Positions 13,381 through 26,097 of a stretch of DNA of 64,000 nucleotides are shown one piece after another. Below the pieces are notes generated by a model, which had not been told where the DNA came from, did not search any database, and was given only the letters and a program-made list of their open reading frames with translations. Position numbers and translations under genes: made by a program. Origin of the DNA: the human T2T-CHM13v2.0 reference genome, Homo sapiens; NCBI RefSeq assembly GCF_009914755.1, contig NC_060940.1; one strand, 5' to 3'. Numbering within the stretch: the stretch's first letter is position 1; each line of letters starts with the position of its first letter.

Positions 13381-13968
13381 GTCTAAAAGGATCAAATTGA
13401 CATTCTACTGAAAAAGAAGAGTTTCACTTTAGCCTACTAGGTGCTCTACTCTATGCAAGGTGTTGGAAACACAAAGATGAATTAGACATCATCCCTGTGT
13501 TTAGGTCTTGAAAAGCCTAAGGGAACAGGTGGATAGGTAGATAAATACGTTTATGACAATGTAACAACGTGAGTGTTAGGAGAGAGAGAGACTACAATAG
13601 GTGTATTTCTGAAGGTTTTTTGGATGACAGGGGAAGAGAGAGAGATGTTGTAGAGGGTCCTAGTGGCCCCCACACCATCACTCCTCAGAATTTTTGCAGA
13701 AAACAAATGTAGTGAGCATCTGATTGTTGGCTGCTCAGCATCTACTCTCTAATTCTGAATATAGCACTTCATTTTTCCTTTTGGAAAAGCACCTTCCTGC
13801 CCTCTCAGCCCACCAGCACACTGGTGTAACTGGTATCAATTCAACACCTCTGTCCCCAGAGTCAAGGATGGATGTGTGTCCCAAGCCTAGTCAATCAGAA
13901 TACTCCATCCTCACAAGGAGTGGTTCAGGGATGATCATGTGACAGTTTAGTTAAATGAGAGTCAATCT

Positions 13969-14592
13969 GGGAGTGTAAATTAGTTCAACTATTGTGGAAG
14001 ACAGTGTAGTGATTCCTCTAAGACCTAGAGGCAGAAATGCCATTAGACCCAGCAATCCCATTACTGGGTATATATCCCAAAGGAATATAAATCATTCTAT
14101 TATAAAGATACAGGCACTTGTATGTTCACTGCAGCACTATTCACAATAGCAAAGACACGGAATCCATCTAAATGCCCATCAATGATAGACTGGATAAAGA
14201 AAATGTGGTACATATACACCATGGAATACTATGCAGCCATAAAAATGGATGAGATCATGTTCTTTGCAGGGACATGAATGGAGTTGAAAGTCACTATCCT
14301 CAGCAAACTAATGTAAGAACAGAATATCAAACACTGCATTTTCTCACTTATAAGCAAGAGCTGAAAAATGAGAACACAAGGTTACCTGGGGGGAAAAATG
14401 CACACTGGGGCCTGTCAGTCAGAGTGGTGGGGGACAGAGAGCATCAAGAAGAATAGCTAAGGGATGTTGGGCTTAATACTTAGGTGATGGGATAACCTGT
14501 GCAGCAAACCACCATGGCACATGTTTACCTATGTAACAAACCTACACAACCTGCACGTGTACCCCTGAACTTAAAAGGTGAAAAAAAAAAGA
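13969..14592 (+). mobile_element. L1PA13-15-like 5'-truncated LINE-1
   Basis: gggagtgtaaattagttcaac...gacctagaggcagaaat...gagagcatcaagaagaatagctaa...gtacccctgaacttaaaa plus A tail; degenerate TSD atgagagtcaatct / ataagagtatatct. Confidence 0.92.
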
Positions 14593-14870
14593 TAAGAGTA
14601 TATCTCAGAATTCCTAGGGAGAAGCAAGGAGAAAGATAAGCTCTTCTGTCACTAGAACCCCTAACCTGGCAGCAGCCTTCAGCTGAGCTGCTGAAGCCTG
14701 TCTTGGGACTACAAGGGGAAAAAAACTCCCCAAAAATAAATCTTACAAGGAAAGTAGCAGGCCTGAGAGAAAAAGCCACTTCTGATGTCAGTTTGAACAT
14801 CTGGATCCAAATAGATTCATCCTGGATTTTTCAGTTGTGAATCAACAAATTCTACTTTTTCTGTTTAAGC

Positions 14871-15060
14871 TTGAGTTCCTGAACCTCAACACTATTGATA
14901 GTGTTTGGCTGGATGGGGGCTGGCTTGTACATTGCAGGATGTTTAGCAATGTTCCTGGCTTCTAGAGCCATTCTCACCCACGAGTCATGGCCACCAAAAA
15001 CAGCTGCAATCATTGCCAACTGTCCCAAGGGGCAAAATCACCTCCTATTGAGAACCACTG
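14871..15060 (-). mobile_element. MER20 (hAT-Charlie)
   Basis: cattgcaggatgtttagca...ggggcaaaatcacctcctattgagaaccactg; 8-bp TSD gtttaagc / gtttaaac. Confidence 0.85.
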
Positions 15061-16153
15061 GTTTAAACCAGTTTTCAGGTTCCTATTGCTTGCAACCAAA
15101 AGTCACGAGCATACAGTAACCTATCAAATAATTCCCTACCCAATTTCCAGGAATAATTCTCACTCCTACATGCTTTTACTTTCCGTGGTACCTGGAACAT
15201 CTTTCTATGGGCTTTGCTTTCCAAAGCCAGTCTGTTGATTTTACATTTTTTAAATATTGGTGTCAATGAAAGTAAGTCAATCAGATCAAGAACAGCTTAG
15301 CTCTCAGTCCCAGCAGTACTTGTACAAGTGACATATTTGGGTACATTGATTATACTTTTTCTTCCTCTTAAAAATTTAAACATCTTCCCTCATTTACTTT
15401 CTTTATTTTAGAATTCTCAGCAGTCAATTTTCTTTTATCTACAGGCCTTCCCTTCGATGGGAAACTAATCAATAAGAAATTAGATTTTTGCCAAGGTATT
15501 TTAAAGTAATGTAACCAGCATATTTTTCTCTCATTCATGACTTTATTATTGTGAAATGAAAACAGAAATACCACATCCTTGAAACCCTCATTTTATTAAG
15601 CTCCATCACAGCTACCTTCATTCATCGGAGCCATCTCTTCCAATGTCATTGTTTTGGGTGAAGCTTGTGTTTGATCACCAACCTCATATTTTAAATTGAA
15701 ACTCAGCTGGAGTAGAGTTCTTCCCTCTGAATGAGGGATAGCAGTCTGGTAATTAGCAGCAAAGCTCAAGCAGACAGGCTGCATCCACTTATTCTATCTG
15801 AAATTCTTTTCCTTTTCTTTTTTTTTTTTGGCCAGTAATTACTCTTATCTTGGTGAAGCTGACCCACCTCTTGGCCCCTCAATTGGAGTCTCCCTTTCAA
15901 GAAAATATCACATTGTGTTGAATAAGAAAATCAAAATGGAAATGAAGCTTCAAGAGGAGTCTAGCTACCATCTTTTCAATTGCCTTTTGAAACATCAGCT
16001 GGGTGGACTTTCAAGACGCAGGCACAGTTAGATATGTGGATCTGTTTCTTAGATTGCACTTGTGTATCTGAAGACATCCATTATGCCTAAGAGGGAAGGA
16101 AATGAGCAAGGACTTCCCAATGCATACAGGTGCTTCGTAACACCTGGTGATCT

Positions 16154-16652
16154 TGTTACTGAAACACCAGAGGTTCAGTCTAGGTTCTAATGCTTGCTGC
16201 ACAGAAAGCCAATCACTGAGACAATGAGTATTGCCAGGGAAGAAGGCTTCAATTGGATCCTGCAGCCAAGAAGATGGGAGATCAGCATCAAATCCATTCC
16301 CCTAGCTGACTAAAATTAGGTATTTTTATAGCAGGGAAGAAATGTAACCATTTGTGAGAAAACAGGAATTAGGGAGAGGAAAGGAAGAGGAGTTTGTCAA
16401 CAAGAAGCAAGTGGTTGCTTAGGCAGTCATGACGGATGAAGGGTCGGGTGCTTTCACTGTCCAGATTCAGAGATCTGGTGAGTTTCAGCTCCTTGATTCT
16501 ATCTGGGAAGCCTGATGGTTGGAGGCCTGAGAAAGGAACTCAGATAAGACAAATGTAACTTTTGCAAGTTTCAAGACTGGGATGGCCAATTTCTATGTGT
16601 ATTTAAAAGAAACCATAAACATCAGTTCTATGGGACAATTGGGCCAGTTTCA
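16154..16652 (-). mobile_element. ERV solo LTR (MER4-group/LTR47-like; subfamily uncertain)
   Basis: TG...CA termini (tgttactgaaacacc ... tgggacaattgggccagtttca), ~500 bp, aagccaatcactgagacaatgagtattgccaggg. Confidence 0.8.
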
Positions 16653-17548
16653 GTTCGGCTCAGTTTTTTGGCATGGAAAGGAGGAAGAGACTATCAATAA
16701 TATTAACAGTATAGCTATATTGATCCTTTATTAGAGGGGGAGAAATCTATTTATTTGGGAGAGTAGCTTCAAAGTGTGCCAAGTCAGGGAATCAAAGGCA
16801 CATTGGGAACAAGCTGACCAAACATCAACCAGCATGAATGGTCTTGAGCCCTCAAGACCAAGATGAGCCAAGAACCCACTTCAAGTTTGACCAAAGCAGA
16901 CAGTAAATAAGACCTCCCTGTAGGAACTCCGCTCTTGTTGCCTAAGCTACATTCCACCTTCCACACTGATAATTTTATCACAAAAACAAGCAAATGCAAA
17001 GGAAGAAAGTAGTGATATGATAGGATGACACATGATCTAGCCAATTCCATCTAGAAGGCAAATAAAGGATGGAGGCTTGGTGGGATTAATGCATTTATTC
17101 TTTCCAGAAATTATAGAGCCCTTACTCTTTGTCTGGTACTGTTCTAGGCTTGGAATACAAGCAAAGATCCCTGCAGTTGTGGGGTATACCCTGTAACAGG
17201 TGAAGAGTGACATATCAGAGGAAGGTCAGTGACTACAGATGAAAGGGATTGCATTGAGCCTGGACATTTCCCATGTCCTACAAGCCTCCTCCTGCCTTTG
17301 GTAGAGGTGAGTGTAAATAAACAAAATGTTTCCTGCACTCAAATGCCCTCCTCTATTTTATTTGTTATGGGAGCAAACTTCCATCTCCAGGACAGCAGAG
17401 CGTAGAGCATCTTCTGGTGTGGTAGCTGTGGTGAGTTAGCTTGAGCTGAAGCCAATGTGGGCAACTGTCTACTTAAATAACTCACCTATTCACCTATTCC
17501 TGGCTGCCATCAACAAAGTTGGAGCCTCCAAGAAGCAGTTAGGATTAA

Positions 17549-17821
<273 letters not shown>

Positions 17822-17830
17822 AGAGGGCGG

Positions 17831-18256
17831 TGTCTTAGTCCATCTTGCGTTGCTATAAACAAATACCTGAGGTTGGGTAATTTATAAACAAACAAAGGTT
17901 TATTTAGCTACTGGTTCTGCAGGCTGTCCATGAAGCACGGTGCCAGTATCTGCATCTGGTGAGGGCCTCAGGCTGCTTCCACTCATGGTGGAAGGTGAAG
18001 AGGAGCTCGCATATGCAGAGATCACATGGCGAGAGGGGAAGCAAGAGAAAGAGGGGGAGGTATCAAGCCTTTTTAACAATCAGCTCTCACAGGAACTAAT
18101 ACAGCAGTAACTCACTTATAAACATGAGGATGGCACCAAGCCATTCATGAGGGATCTGCCTCCATGACCCCAACCCCTCCCATGAGTCTGCCACATCCAA
18201 CATTGGGATCAAACTTCAACATGAGCTTTAGGGGGACAAATACTGAGACGATAGCA
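17831..18256 (-). mobile_element. MSTB MaLR solo LTR
   Basis: tgtcttagtccatc...ggtgagggcctcaggctgcttccactcatgg...gacgatagca; TSD ggcgg / ggcag. Confidence 0.9.
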
Positions 18257-18299
18257 GGCAGTCAGCAAAAACAAGAACTAGCATGTGTTGAGTCTGCTT

Positions 18300-18470
18300 G
18301 ATTCATCCTTTCACATATATCATGTCTCATTTCACTTCCACAACAATTCTATGAGGTATGTATGTATTAGCCCCATCTCACAGATGAAGAAACTGAGGCT
18401 GAGAGAGACTAAGTGGCTTGCATAAGATCTGTCTGACTCCAAGTTCTACAGCCTTTCTGCATTGTTGTGC
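18300..18470 (-). mobile_element. MIR
   Basis: ccccatctcacagatgaagaaactgaggctgagagagactaagtggcttgc. Confidence 0.85.
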
Positions 18471-19209
18471 TGCCTATTTCACCCAATAAAGTCCAACCCA
18501 TCCGCATGAGAGTGTTAATAAATCAATAACCTGAGTACTTCCTGGGGCTGGCTCTGTGTCTATCCCTAGATTGGGCACTGTGAGGGGTATGAAATTAAGG
18601 TACAGTCTTTGTTCTCCTGAGACTAAGTTAGCTAAGGAAACAAAGGGAAAAGCATTCATTCAATATTTAACGAACCATACCAACACTCCACCCACATTCA
18701 CCCTATCTTACGCAAATACTTGTGGATCCCAAAACGTGCCATGCCTTTGCACAAGTCTGCAATGCCCTTTCGTCTCTCCTCTCTGCTTCAACCTACATCA
18801 TCTTCATCTCGCAAGAGTTAGATCATCCAGAAAGCCCCTCTAAACCCACAGGCTAGTTGGTGGACTTTCTTCTATGAATTCCATGGACCCTGGTGCTCCT
18901 CTCCGCCATAAAACTCTCTGGAAAAAAAATCAGTGAGAGCTTCAGAAGTTAGGGAACCCTGTAAGTGAGATGACTGGGGAGAAAACAAAAGCCTGAGATG
19001 GGGAAATGGCTAAAGACAAAAGAAGAAGGAGTATGTATGTGGCCCAAGGTGGTATCATCTACAACAGAAAACTGACAGCCAGGTAAGGGACTGTATAGAG
19101 CTAGGGATGTTGTCACAGTAAGAAATAGAAGATATCATTACTCAAAGCCAAGTTAATTACGATGTTCTGCTTTCACTTATTTTTTCTAAGTGCTTCCACC
19201 TCTGGAAGC

Positions 19210-19560
19210 ATTTCTGATCAGCACAACTGTGAGGTTGGTAGTAGGTATTATCATTCCCATTTAGTGGAAGGAGAAACTGAGATGCTCAGAGAGGTTAGGT
19301 GAGCTGCCCAAGGACACACAGCATGAAGACACTAAGGCAGCAGAATGGTTGAGATCAGACTTTCTGGTGTCAGGCCTACAGCTCTCAACCACCTGGCCAT
19401 GTGACCTTGGACAAGAGACTTAACTTCTCCAAGACTCAGTTTCCACACCTAATAAAAGGGGACTAAAGAATCTCTACTTCGTAGAGATGTTGTATGGTGA
19501 CATAATCATACGAGACCTTTGTCAGTCCTGGACATATCTGTAACAATAAATCTTTGTTCC
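19210..19560. mobile_element. Two adjacent MIRs in opposite orientation (minus ~19210-19330, plus ~19335-19560)
   Basis: cccatttagtggaaggagaaactgag...ctgcccaagg, then gtgaccttggacaagagacttaacttctccaagactcagtttcc. Confidence 0.75.
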
Positions 19561-20269
19561 ACTCATCGCCACTGCTTTTGTTTCGCTGGGATCATCTGCA
19601 AAACCGCTTGTGTGAAACTCTGGTCCCAGCTGCTCTCCAGGGACACCAGGGCTTCCTTGCAAAATATAGCAGCCAAGATGGCTTTGGGCCCCCAAGTTTC
19701 TGAGCTCTTGTTTGACTGCACATCCCCTTCCTTAGAAAGCCAGCATCTTCACGTTTCCTTTCTAAGCTGCCAGGAATAAATGCCAGGTTCTGGCTTTATG
19801 GAACAGTTTGGGAAATAATTAGTTTGCCTTCCACAGAGGCCAGAGTTCACTTCTAAGATATTTAAAACTCTACTGATGGCTTAAAATAAATATCACAATG
19901 GAGATGTCAAAATATCTATGTGTTCTTACACATGACATTGGAGGGGCAGGGAGACTAAAAAAATGTAAATGGATTTACCAAAATAATCTCGAGGTAAGAC
20001 CTTTGAGGCTTGATACCACAGAAGTGCCATATTGTTTTTAAGTTTCTTTTTTTTTTCTTTTGTAAGTTTATTTTTCTCCTCGGAGGGCACTGAAAGTTTT
20101 GTTGTGAGAAGCAATAAAGTTCTGTTTTCCAAAAGAGAATAAAAGCATGATTGTATTTTTAAAAATCAATCTTAATAATTTCCAGCCATTACTTTATGAG
20201 CTTAATGCAATTCCCAAACACTGATAACTGATTTCTCCAACTGGAAGATGCGAAGCGCACCCAACGGAT

Positions 20270-20470
20270 GCCAAGTTCCGGGCTGAGTACTTTAAATATT
20301 TATTGAATTATTAATCCTCATAAGTGCTCAGTGAGGCAGGAATGATATTCCTCATTCTGTAGGGGAGGTAATGGAGACCCTCAGGTACTTGCCTAAAAAC
20401 ATGGGGATAATAAAGCAGAAAGTCAGGATTGAAGACTAAGTGTCCTTATCCTGACTCCATGCTCTTTCCA
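20270..20470 (-). mobile_element. MIR
   Basis: ttaatcctcataag...ctcattctgtaggggagg...caggattgaagactaagtgtc. Confidence 0.6.
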
Positions 20471-20649
20471 GTGAGTTCTTCACCCCATCCAGATCTAGGA
20501 GTGCTGAACACTCAACAACATTATCAGGCAAGACAACAAACACACCCGTGTCAACTGGAGTTTGTGGCTAGTATAAAGCAATATAGAGTAAATCTCAAAG
20601 AGAAGTAGGTCAAAGAAATACCTACAACCTCAAGAATATGTCCTTTTCT

Positions 20650-20783
20650 GGCTGGGAGCAGTGCCTCATGCCCGTAATCCTAGCACTTTGGGAGGCCAAG
20701 GCAGGAGGATCACTTGAGCCCAGGAGTTCGAGACTGGCCTGGGCAGCACAGCGAGGTCTCAACTCTATCATTTTTTAAAAAAT
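20650..20783 (+). mobile_element. FLAM_C
   Basis: Monomer with ggaggatcacttgagcccaggagttcgagac; 14-bp TSD agaatatgtccttt. Confidence 0.92.
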
Positions 20784-20849
20784 AGAATATGTCCTTTCCC
20801 CCTTGCCTGCCTGGATAAAACCTTCTTCTTTATCTCTTGCTGCTTCCCA

Positions 20850-21310
20850 CTTCGCATTTTCTGCTCTGTTAAACATCAAACCGCTTCTGTTGCCCAGAAC
20901 TATGTCTCAGGTTCCATGCAGCTGTGCCTCTGCAATGCTGTGCCTTTTTCCCAAATGCTGTTCCTCTACAATCCACTTAGCAAACTCCTGTTCATCCATC
21001 AAAACCCTGATGAAACATAACCTTTTAAAAGAAGTCGTCTTCATCCCTCTCCCACTTCTAGACCCAATGGAATTCACGCGTTCCTCTTAGTCTTCTCTCC
21101 ATAGCATGTACATGCTTACATTTTTATAATTATTGCAACGTCTGGGATTTGGGTCTCTGGGTTAGTTGATTGGTTTGGCTGATATATCAGTCTCCCTCAC
21201 CCGACTGGCTTTCCTATAGGCAGGGGCTATGCCTGAATCCACCTTTGTATCCTCTATGCCCAGCCCTGTGCCCAAGTCAAAACAAGCATCGAATTGAATT
21301 GAATCAAAAT
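20850..21310 (+). mobile_element. L2c-like 3' fragment
   Basis: caaactcctgttcatccatcaaaaccc...ggcaggggctatgcctg...ctttgtatcctctatgcccagccctgtgcc. Confidence 0.65.
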
Positions 21311-21689
21311 TGAAAATGAAAACAAATATCTTGGAGAACTAGAATATAGGGAAACAAGTGTTAATGTTGTAAGAGTCTATCGCAGAGCAATCAACCAGAC
21401 CATGTTTCCCTAATACCGATTACAAAGCTGGCACAGAGGCAAGACGGAGCAGCAGTGGGGATTTATGCTCTCTGGACATCTGTTGGGCGTCTCTTCTGAT
21501 AAATCCTCGCCTTGCCCTGCTGACGATCTCATCTTTCAGAAGACAGAGGAAGCGACAGAGAAAACGGTTACTTGCCACTAAATCCTGGCAACGAGGAAAC
21601 ACTGGTTAATGAGAAAAGTGGAATCCTTAGGAGAAAAAAAAATGGGCACATAATCCTAGAGTTAATGATGGTGCAAGAAAGGAAGAAAG

Positions 21690-21900
21690 AAAATAAGCAC
21701 CCATTAAAAACCTACAGTGTGCCGCCTACTTTACGTGTGTTACTACATTTAATTCTCACAACAACCCTGGGAGGTGGGTTTCAGTCACTTCCATTCACAG
21801 AAAAGAAAGCCAGAAAATGGAGAGAGTAACTTGCCCAAGCTCATAAAAGGCAAGTCTATCTGCCTGCAAACCCCCAGTTCTAACCTCACACCAGGCTGCT
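21690..21900 (-). mobile_element. MIR
   Basis: catttaattctcacaacaaccctgggagg...agtaacttgcccaag. Confidence 0.75.
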
Positions 21901-21957
21901 GAGCAAAAAAAGCAAGGCATTGCCTGACTTCAAACCTAGAGTTGATGAATAAGGCAG

Positions 21958-21993
21958 CGTCAATCTGTATAGGCTAGGTAATGATACAGTAAC

Positions 21994-22031
<38 letters not shown>

Positions 22032-22389
22032 TACACACACACTGAAATCCAAATCACGGTCATGTGACACGATCAAGCTATTTCTTCCAGCCTTGGCAGC
22101 TTTCTAGGACAGGCAGCCACCCTCCTTTGTGTGCTGGCTGAGTTCTCCACTTTGCTTCCACCTCATGAGGCTCCATCTCAACAGATGCTTCAGAGCTTGC
22201 CTCATTCAGGGGGAAAAAAAAAAGCCCCGGAGGATCTCACCCCAGTAATTAAATGCTGCCACCCAGAAGTCACATATGCCACTTCCACTCGTGTGGCACA
22301 ACTCAAGGCCAAGGGGCAGAGAAGTGCAATTCTCCACCCAGAAGGAAAACAAGCCAGAAATGGTTGTGCAACGAAAATTCCAACCACAG
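21958..22389 (-). mobile_element. MLT1J-like LTR with an internal (CA)n at 21997-22042
   Basis: ataggctaggtaatgatacagtaacaaa...cagaagtcacatatgccacttccactc...agtgcaattctcc...ccaca. Confidence 0.6.
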
Positions 22390-22676
22390 TAGCTTTCTGA
22401 AAGATGAGAAAGAAAGCTTCCATATGCAGCAATGAACACTGGCCAAGCCCGGCCTCTGTGTACTACCAGGGGAGAGAGGAGAAACATGAAAACAAAAATT
22501 AATATCTAGAAGGCAATGATCAAAAAGAGAGAGACAAAGGGAGTGATGTTGATGGGAGAACTGGGTTATGGAAAAGGATTTCACAAGAATCACCAAGCAC
22601 ATGTGGAAGGTCAGTGCCATGAACAAGGTCCCCGGACACAACCCAAGAAGGAAATATTGTGCAAAATAGATTGGAG

Positions 22677-23052
22677 TGCCTTCGTCAGTTCAGGCTCCTA
22701 TAACAAAATACCACAGCCTGGGGCTTAAACAACAGAAGTTTCTTTCTCGGAGCTTTGGAAGCTGGAAGTCCAAGATCAGGGTGCCAGCATGGTTGGTTCC
22801 AGTGAGGGTTCATTTTACGGTGTGTAGACAGCAACTTTCTTGCTGTGTCCTCACTTGGCAGAGAGGGAGAGAGCACCAGCTTCTTTCTCTTCTTATAGGG
22901 ACACTAATCCCATTGATGAGGGCTCCACCCTTGTGATTTAATTACCACCCAAAGGCCCTACCTAATATCATCCCAGTGAGATATCATCCCGTTGGAGGTT
23001 AGGGTTTCAACACATGAATTTGTGTGGGGGACACAAACATAGCTCCATAGAA
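22677..23052 (-). mobile_element. MLT1A/A0 solo LTR
   Basis: ctataacaaaataccacag...gctggaagtccaagatcagggtgccagcatgg...gggacacaaacatagctccatag. Confidence 0.9.
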
Positions 23053-23224
23053 AAGAGTCTCAGAAATTGTGTCTACCCATTCAATTTTTACCATTCAATT
23101 CCATTCCCGGGAATTAGGAAGAAGCAATTAATAGGACTAATAAGAGCTGTCTGGAGGCTCTTATTGACAAGGCTGTGAGCAAAGGATACAAGGTGGGACA
23201 CAAAACTGCTTTGAAAATGGAAGC

Positions 23225-23430
23225 AAGATAGCCTGATAGAAAAGGCACTGGGCCTTTGCCACTGTCCTCTGTGGCTTTATAAAGTTACTTAACCTCTCTG
23301 AGCCTTGGTTTGCTTCTATGTGCAACGGGAATAATATACTATCTGCCTCAAAAGGTAGTTGTGAGGATTGAGAAGATCCTGCAGGTAATATACACATCAA
23401 AGTGCCCAGCAAGATGTTAGAACAAGGAAA
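23225..23430 (+). mobile_element. MIR
   Basis: aagttacttaacctctctgagccttggtttgc...gtagttgtgaggattgag. Confidence 0.8.
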
Positions 23431-23478
23431 ACAATCATAAGAAGGATGAGCATGACAATAAACTCTCCAATTGGATAA

Positions 23479-23878
<400 letters not shown>

Positions 23879-24345
23879 GACCCTTTTTGTTCTTATTTGA
23901 TCATTCCAGGAATGCTCATACCTTAGTGCCTAGGTACTTTGGGGTTCTCTCTTCCTAGAACACTTCTCAGAAAATGAGAGAATGTCTTGTTCAAGTGCTA
24001 TTATATTTACTCATTGAAACCTTCCATAATTACCTACTTGAAATTATGGCATCCACTCCACTCCTCACACTCTCTATTCTCTTTCCTTCCTGTATTTTCA
24101 CATTGGCAATTATCATTTCCTAATATACAAAATCATATACACTTTTTTATTGTCTATCCCCCCTTCATTAGAATATATTCTGAAACTTAGATGAATTCTC
24201 CAGCCAAGAAAAACATCTGACACATAGTACGCATTTATCACTACGCATCGTTTTTGTTGTTGTTGTTAGAGCAACCCTGCATTTCTCTACTCTGATCCAT
24301 TACATTTTAATTTTATATTTTAGCAACAGGGAATGCCTTATTTCT

Positions 24346-24694
24346 TTGTGGAGGTTTTTTTATTTTGTTGTTTGTTCTTCTGTTGTTTGTTTTTTTGTTT
24401 GTTTGTTTGTTTTTGAGACGGACTCTTCCTCTGTCGCCCAGGCTGGAGTGCAGTGGTACAATCTCGGCTCATTGCAAGCTCCGCCTCCCAGGTTCAGCCA
24501 TTCTCCTGCCTCAGCCTCCTGAGTAGCTGCGATTACAGGTGCCCGCCACCACTCCTGGCTAATTTTTTGTATTTTTAGTAGAGATGGGGTTTCACTGTGT
24601 TAGCCAGGATGGTCTCGATCTCCTGACATCATGATCTGCCTGCCTCGGTCTCCCAAAGTGCTGGGATTACAGGTTTGAGCCACCGTGCCGGGCC
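24346..24694 (-). mobile_element. AluY/Sc8-type, full length, with a long (GTTT)n tail
   Basis: gcaagctccgcctcc, tgttagccaggatgg; TSD agggaatgccttatttct (24328-24345) / agggcatgtcttatttct (24696-24713). Confidence 0.96.
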
Positions 24695-25494
24695 TAGGGC
24701 ATGTCTTATTTCTATATACTCCTTCTACACCTTTTATTCTGGCATTGCAAATTCCTAGCAAAACATCCTGAAGGGTTCATGCTGAAAGGGCAACCTACTC
24801 TTCCCATACTATCTTACTGCAACTTGTTCTTACTTCAGTCTTGGAGCTGCCCATTACATGAGCCTTGCAGTGGCTTGGACATCAACCTGTGAGAAGTCGC
24901 CAGCATCCAAAATATCTGAGACTCACAGAAGACTCAGCATAAGCTCCTGTAACGACTGTATTTCCTCAACTGCAGGATCAAGGTGTGGCTGTGAATGTCA
25001 CTCTCATCAGTACTCATTTTGTACTGCTTATGGTTTGTTTGTTTGTTTGTTTGTTTTCAGGGAAATGAGGTTGAGATCAAAACCAGGACCCAGCGCATGT
25101 GATTCTGTATCATAAAGAATATGGAAGTACATGTATGGAGCTCTAGTGAAATTTGCTTGGACTCAGTTAAGATGCAATGGTTTGCAAGTAGTTATAACAC
25201 CTGAATTCCTGGGACAACTTCCGATTACTTTTAGAACACAGAGACACAATATGGGCATCATTTCAATATCAGATCTTATTTGTCTGAAAATACCAGATCA
25301 CTAGGGCAATGAAATAAACAACCAGCTACAAACCAGCTACAAATTATCTAGAGGGTACAGCCTCCATTCTCTACAGGAAAAGAGATTCACATTCTTAGTA
25401 CCAGGCCCAGCAATAAACACCTTAAATATTAATGTTATTCCATTTCATATCCACAATAAGCACTACGGCAAGGTAAATTCTATCGGCTCCATTT

Positions 25495-25767
25495 TATTTT
25501 TAATTGCCCAGGCTGGAATGTAGTAGTGCAATCACAACTCACTGCAGCCTCAACCTCCCAGGCTCAAGCCGTCCTCCCACCTCTCAGCCTCCCGAGTAGC
25601 TGGGATGACAGGTCCATGCCACCACACCCGGCTAATCTTTGTATTTTTTGTAGGGACAGGGTTTCACCATGTTGCCCAGTCTGCTCTCGAACTCCTGGGC
25701 TCAAGCGGTCCTCCCGCCTCGGCCTCCCAAAGTGCTAAGATTACAGGCGTGAGTCACTGTGCCCGGA
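25495..25767 (-). mobile_element. AluJ (tail end eroded) inserted in an antisense MIR (~25410-25905)
   Basis: ctcactgcagcctcaacctcccaggctcaagc...ctcctgggctcaagcggtcc; MIR resumes cccatttttcaggcaaggaaattaaggctcaga. Confidence 0.9.
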
Positions 25768-25975
25768 GGCCCCATTTTTCAGGCAAGGAAATTAAGGCTC
25801 AGAAACACTAATATCATTGCCCAACTTCATGCATATAGCAAAAGACAGGGTTAGAAGTCATAGCTATGTCTTCCTGACTCTAGACTGTGCTTTTTCCACT
25901 ACAAGGGATGAAACTGGGGAAAATAAACTGCTCAAATGAATAAAATGCTCAAATAAAAAAATACAAATAAATAAA

Positions 25976-26097
25976 TAATTTTATATTTTAGCAACAGGGA
26001 ATGCCTTCTTTGTGGGTTTTTTTTTATTTTGTTGTTGTTTTTTTTTTTTGAGACGGAGTCTTTCTCCATCTCAAAAATAAATAAATAAATAAATAAA
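25976..26097. other. Templated copy of 24308-24427 fused to a sense-Alu tail remnant
   Basis: 25976-26007 is 32/32 identical to 24308-24339; followed by T-tract-gagacggagtctt, then ctccatctc-(AAAT)n; flanked by the 19-bp direct repeat aataaaatgctcaaataaa. Confidence 0.85.

Larger units (their letters stand above)
13720..15110 (+). mobile_element. MLT1K-like LTR interrupted by an L1PA and a MER20
   Basis: Pieces 13720-13968, 14593-14870 and 15061-15110 (ccaagcctagtcaatcaga...tggttcagggatgatcatgtgac; ctggatttttcagttgtga; ttgcttgcaaccaaaag). Confidence 0.6.

Noticed and set aside
21448-21525. Possible pre-miRNA hairpin (gtggggatttat ... ataaatcctcgc)
   Set aside because: Only a 12-bp stem with two G-U pairs; the ~30-nt interior pairs poorly.
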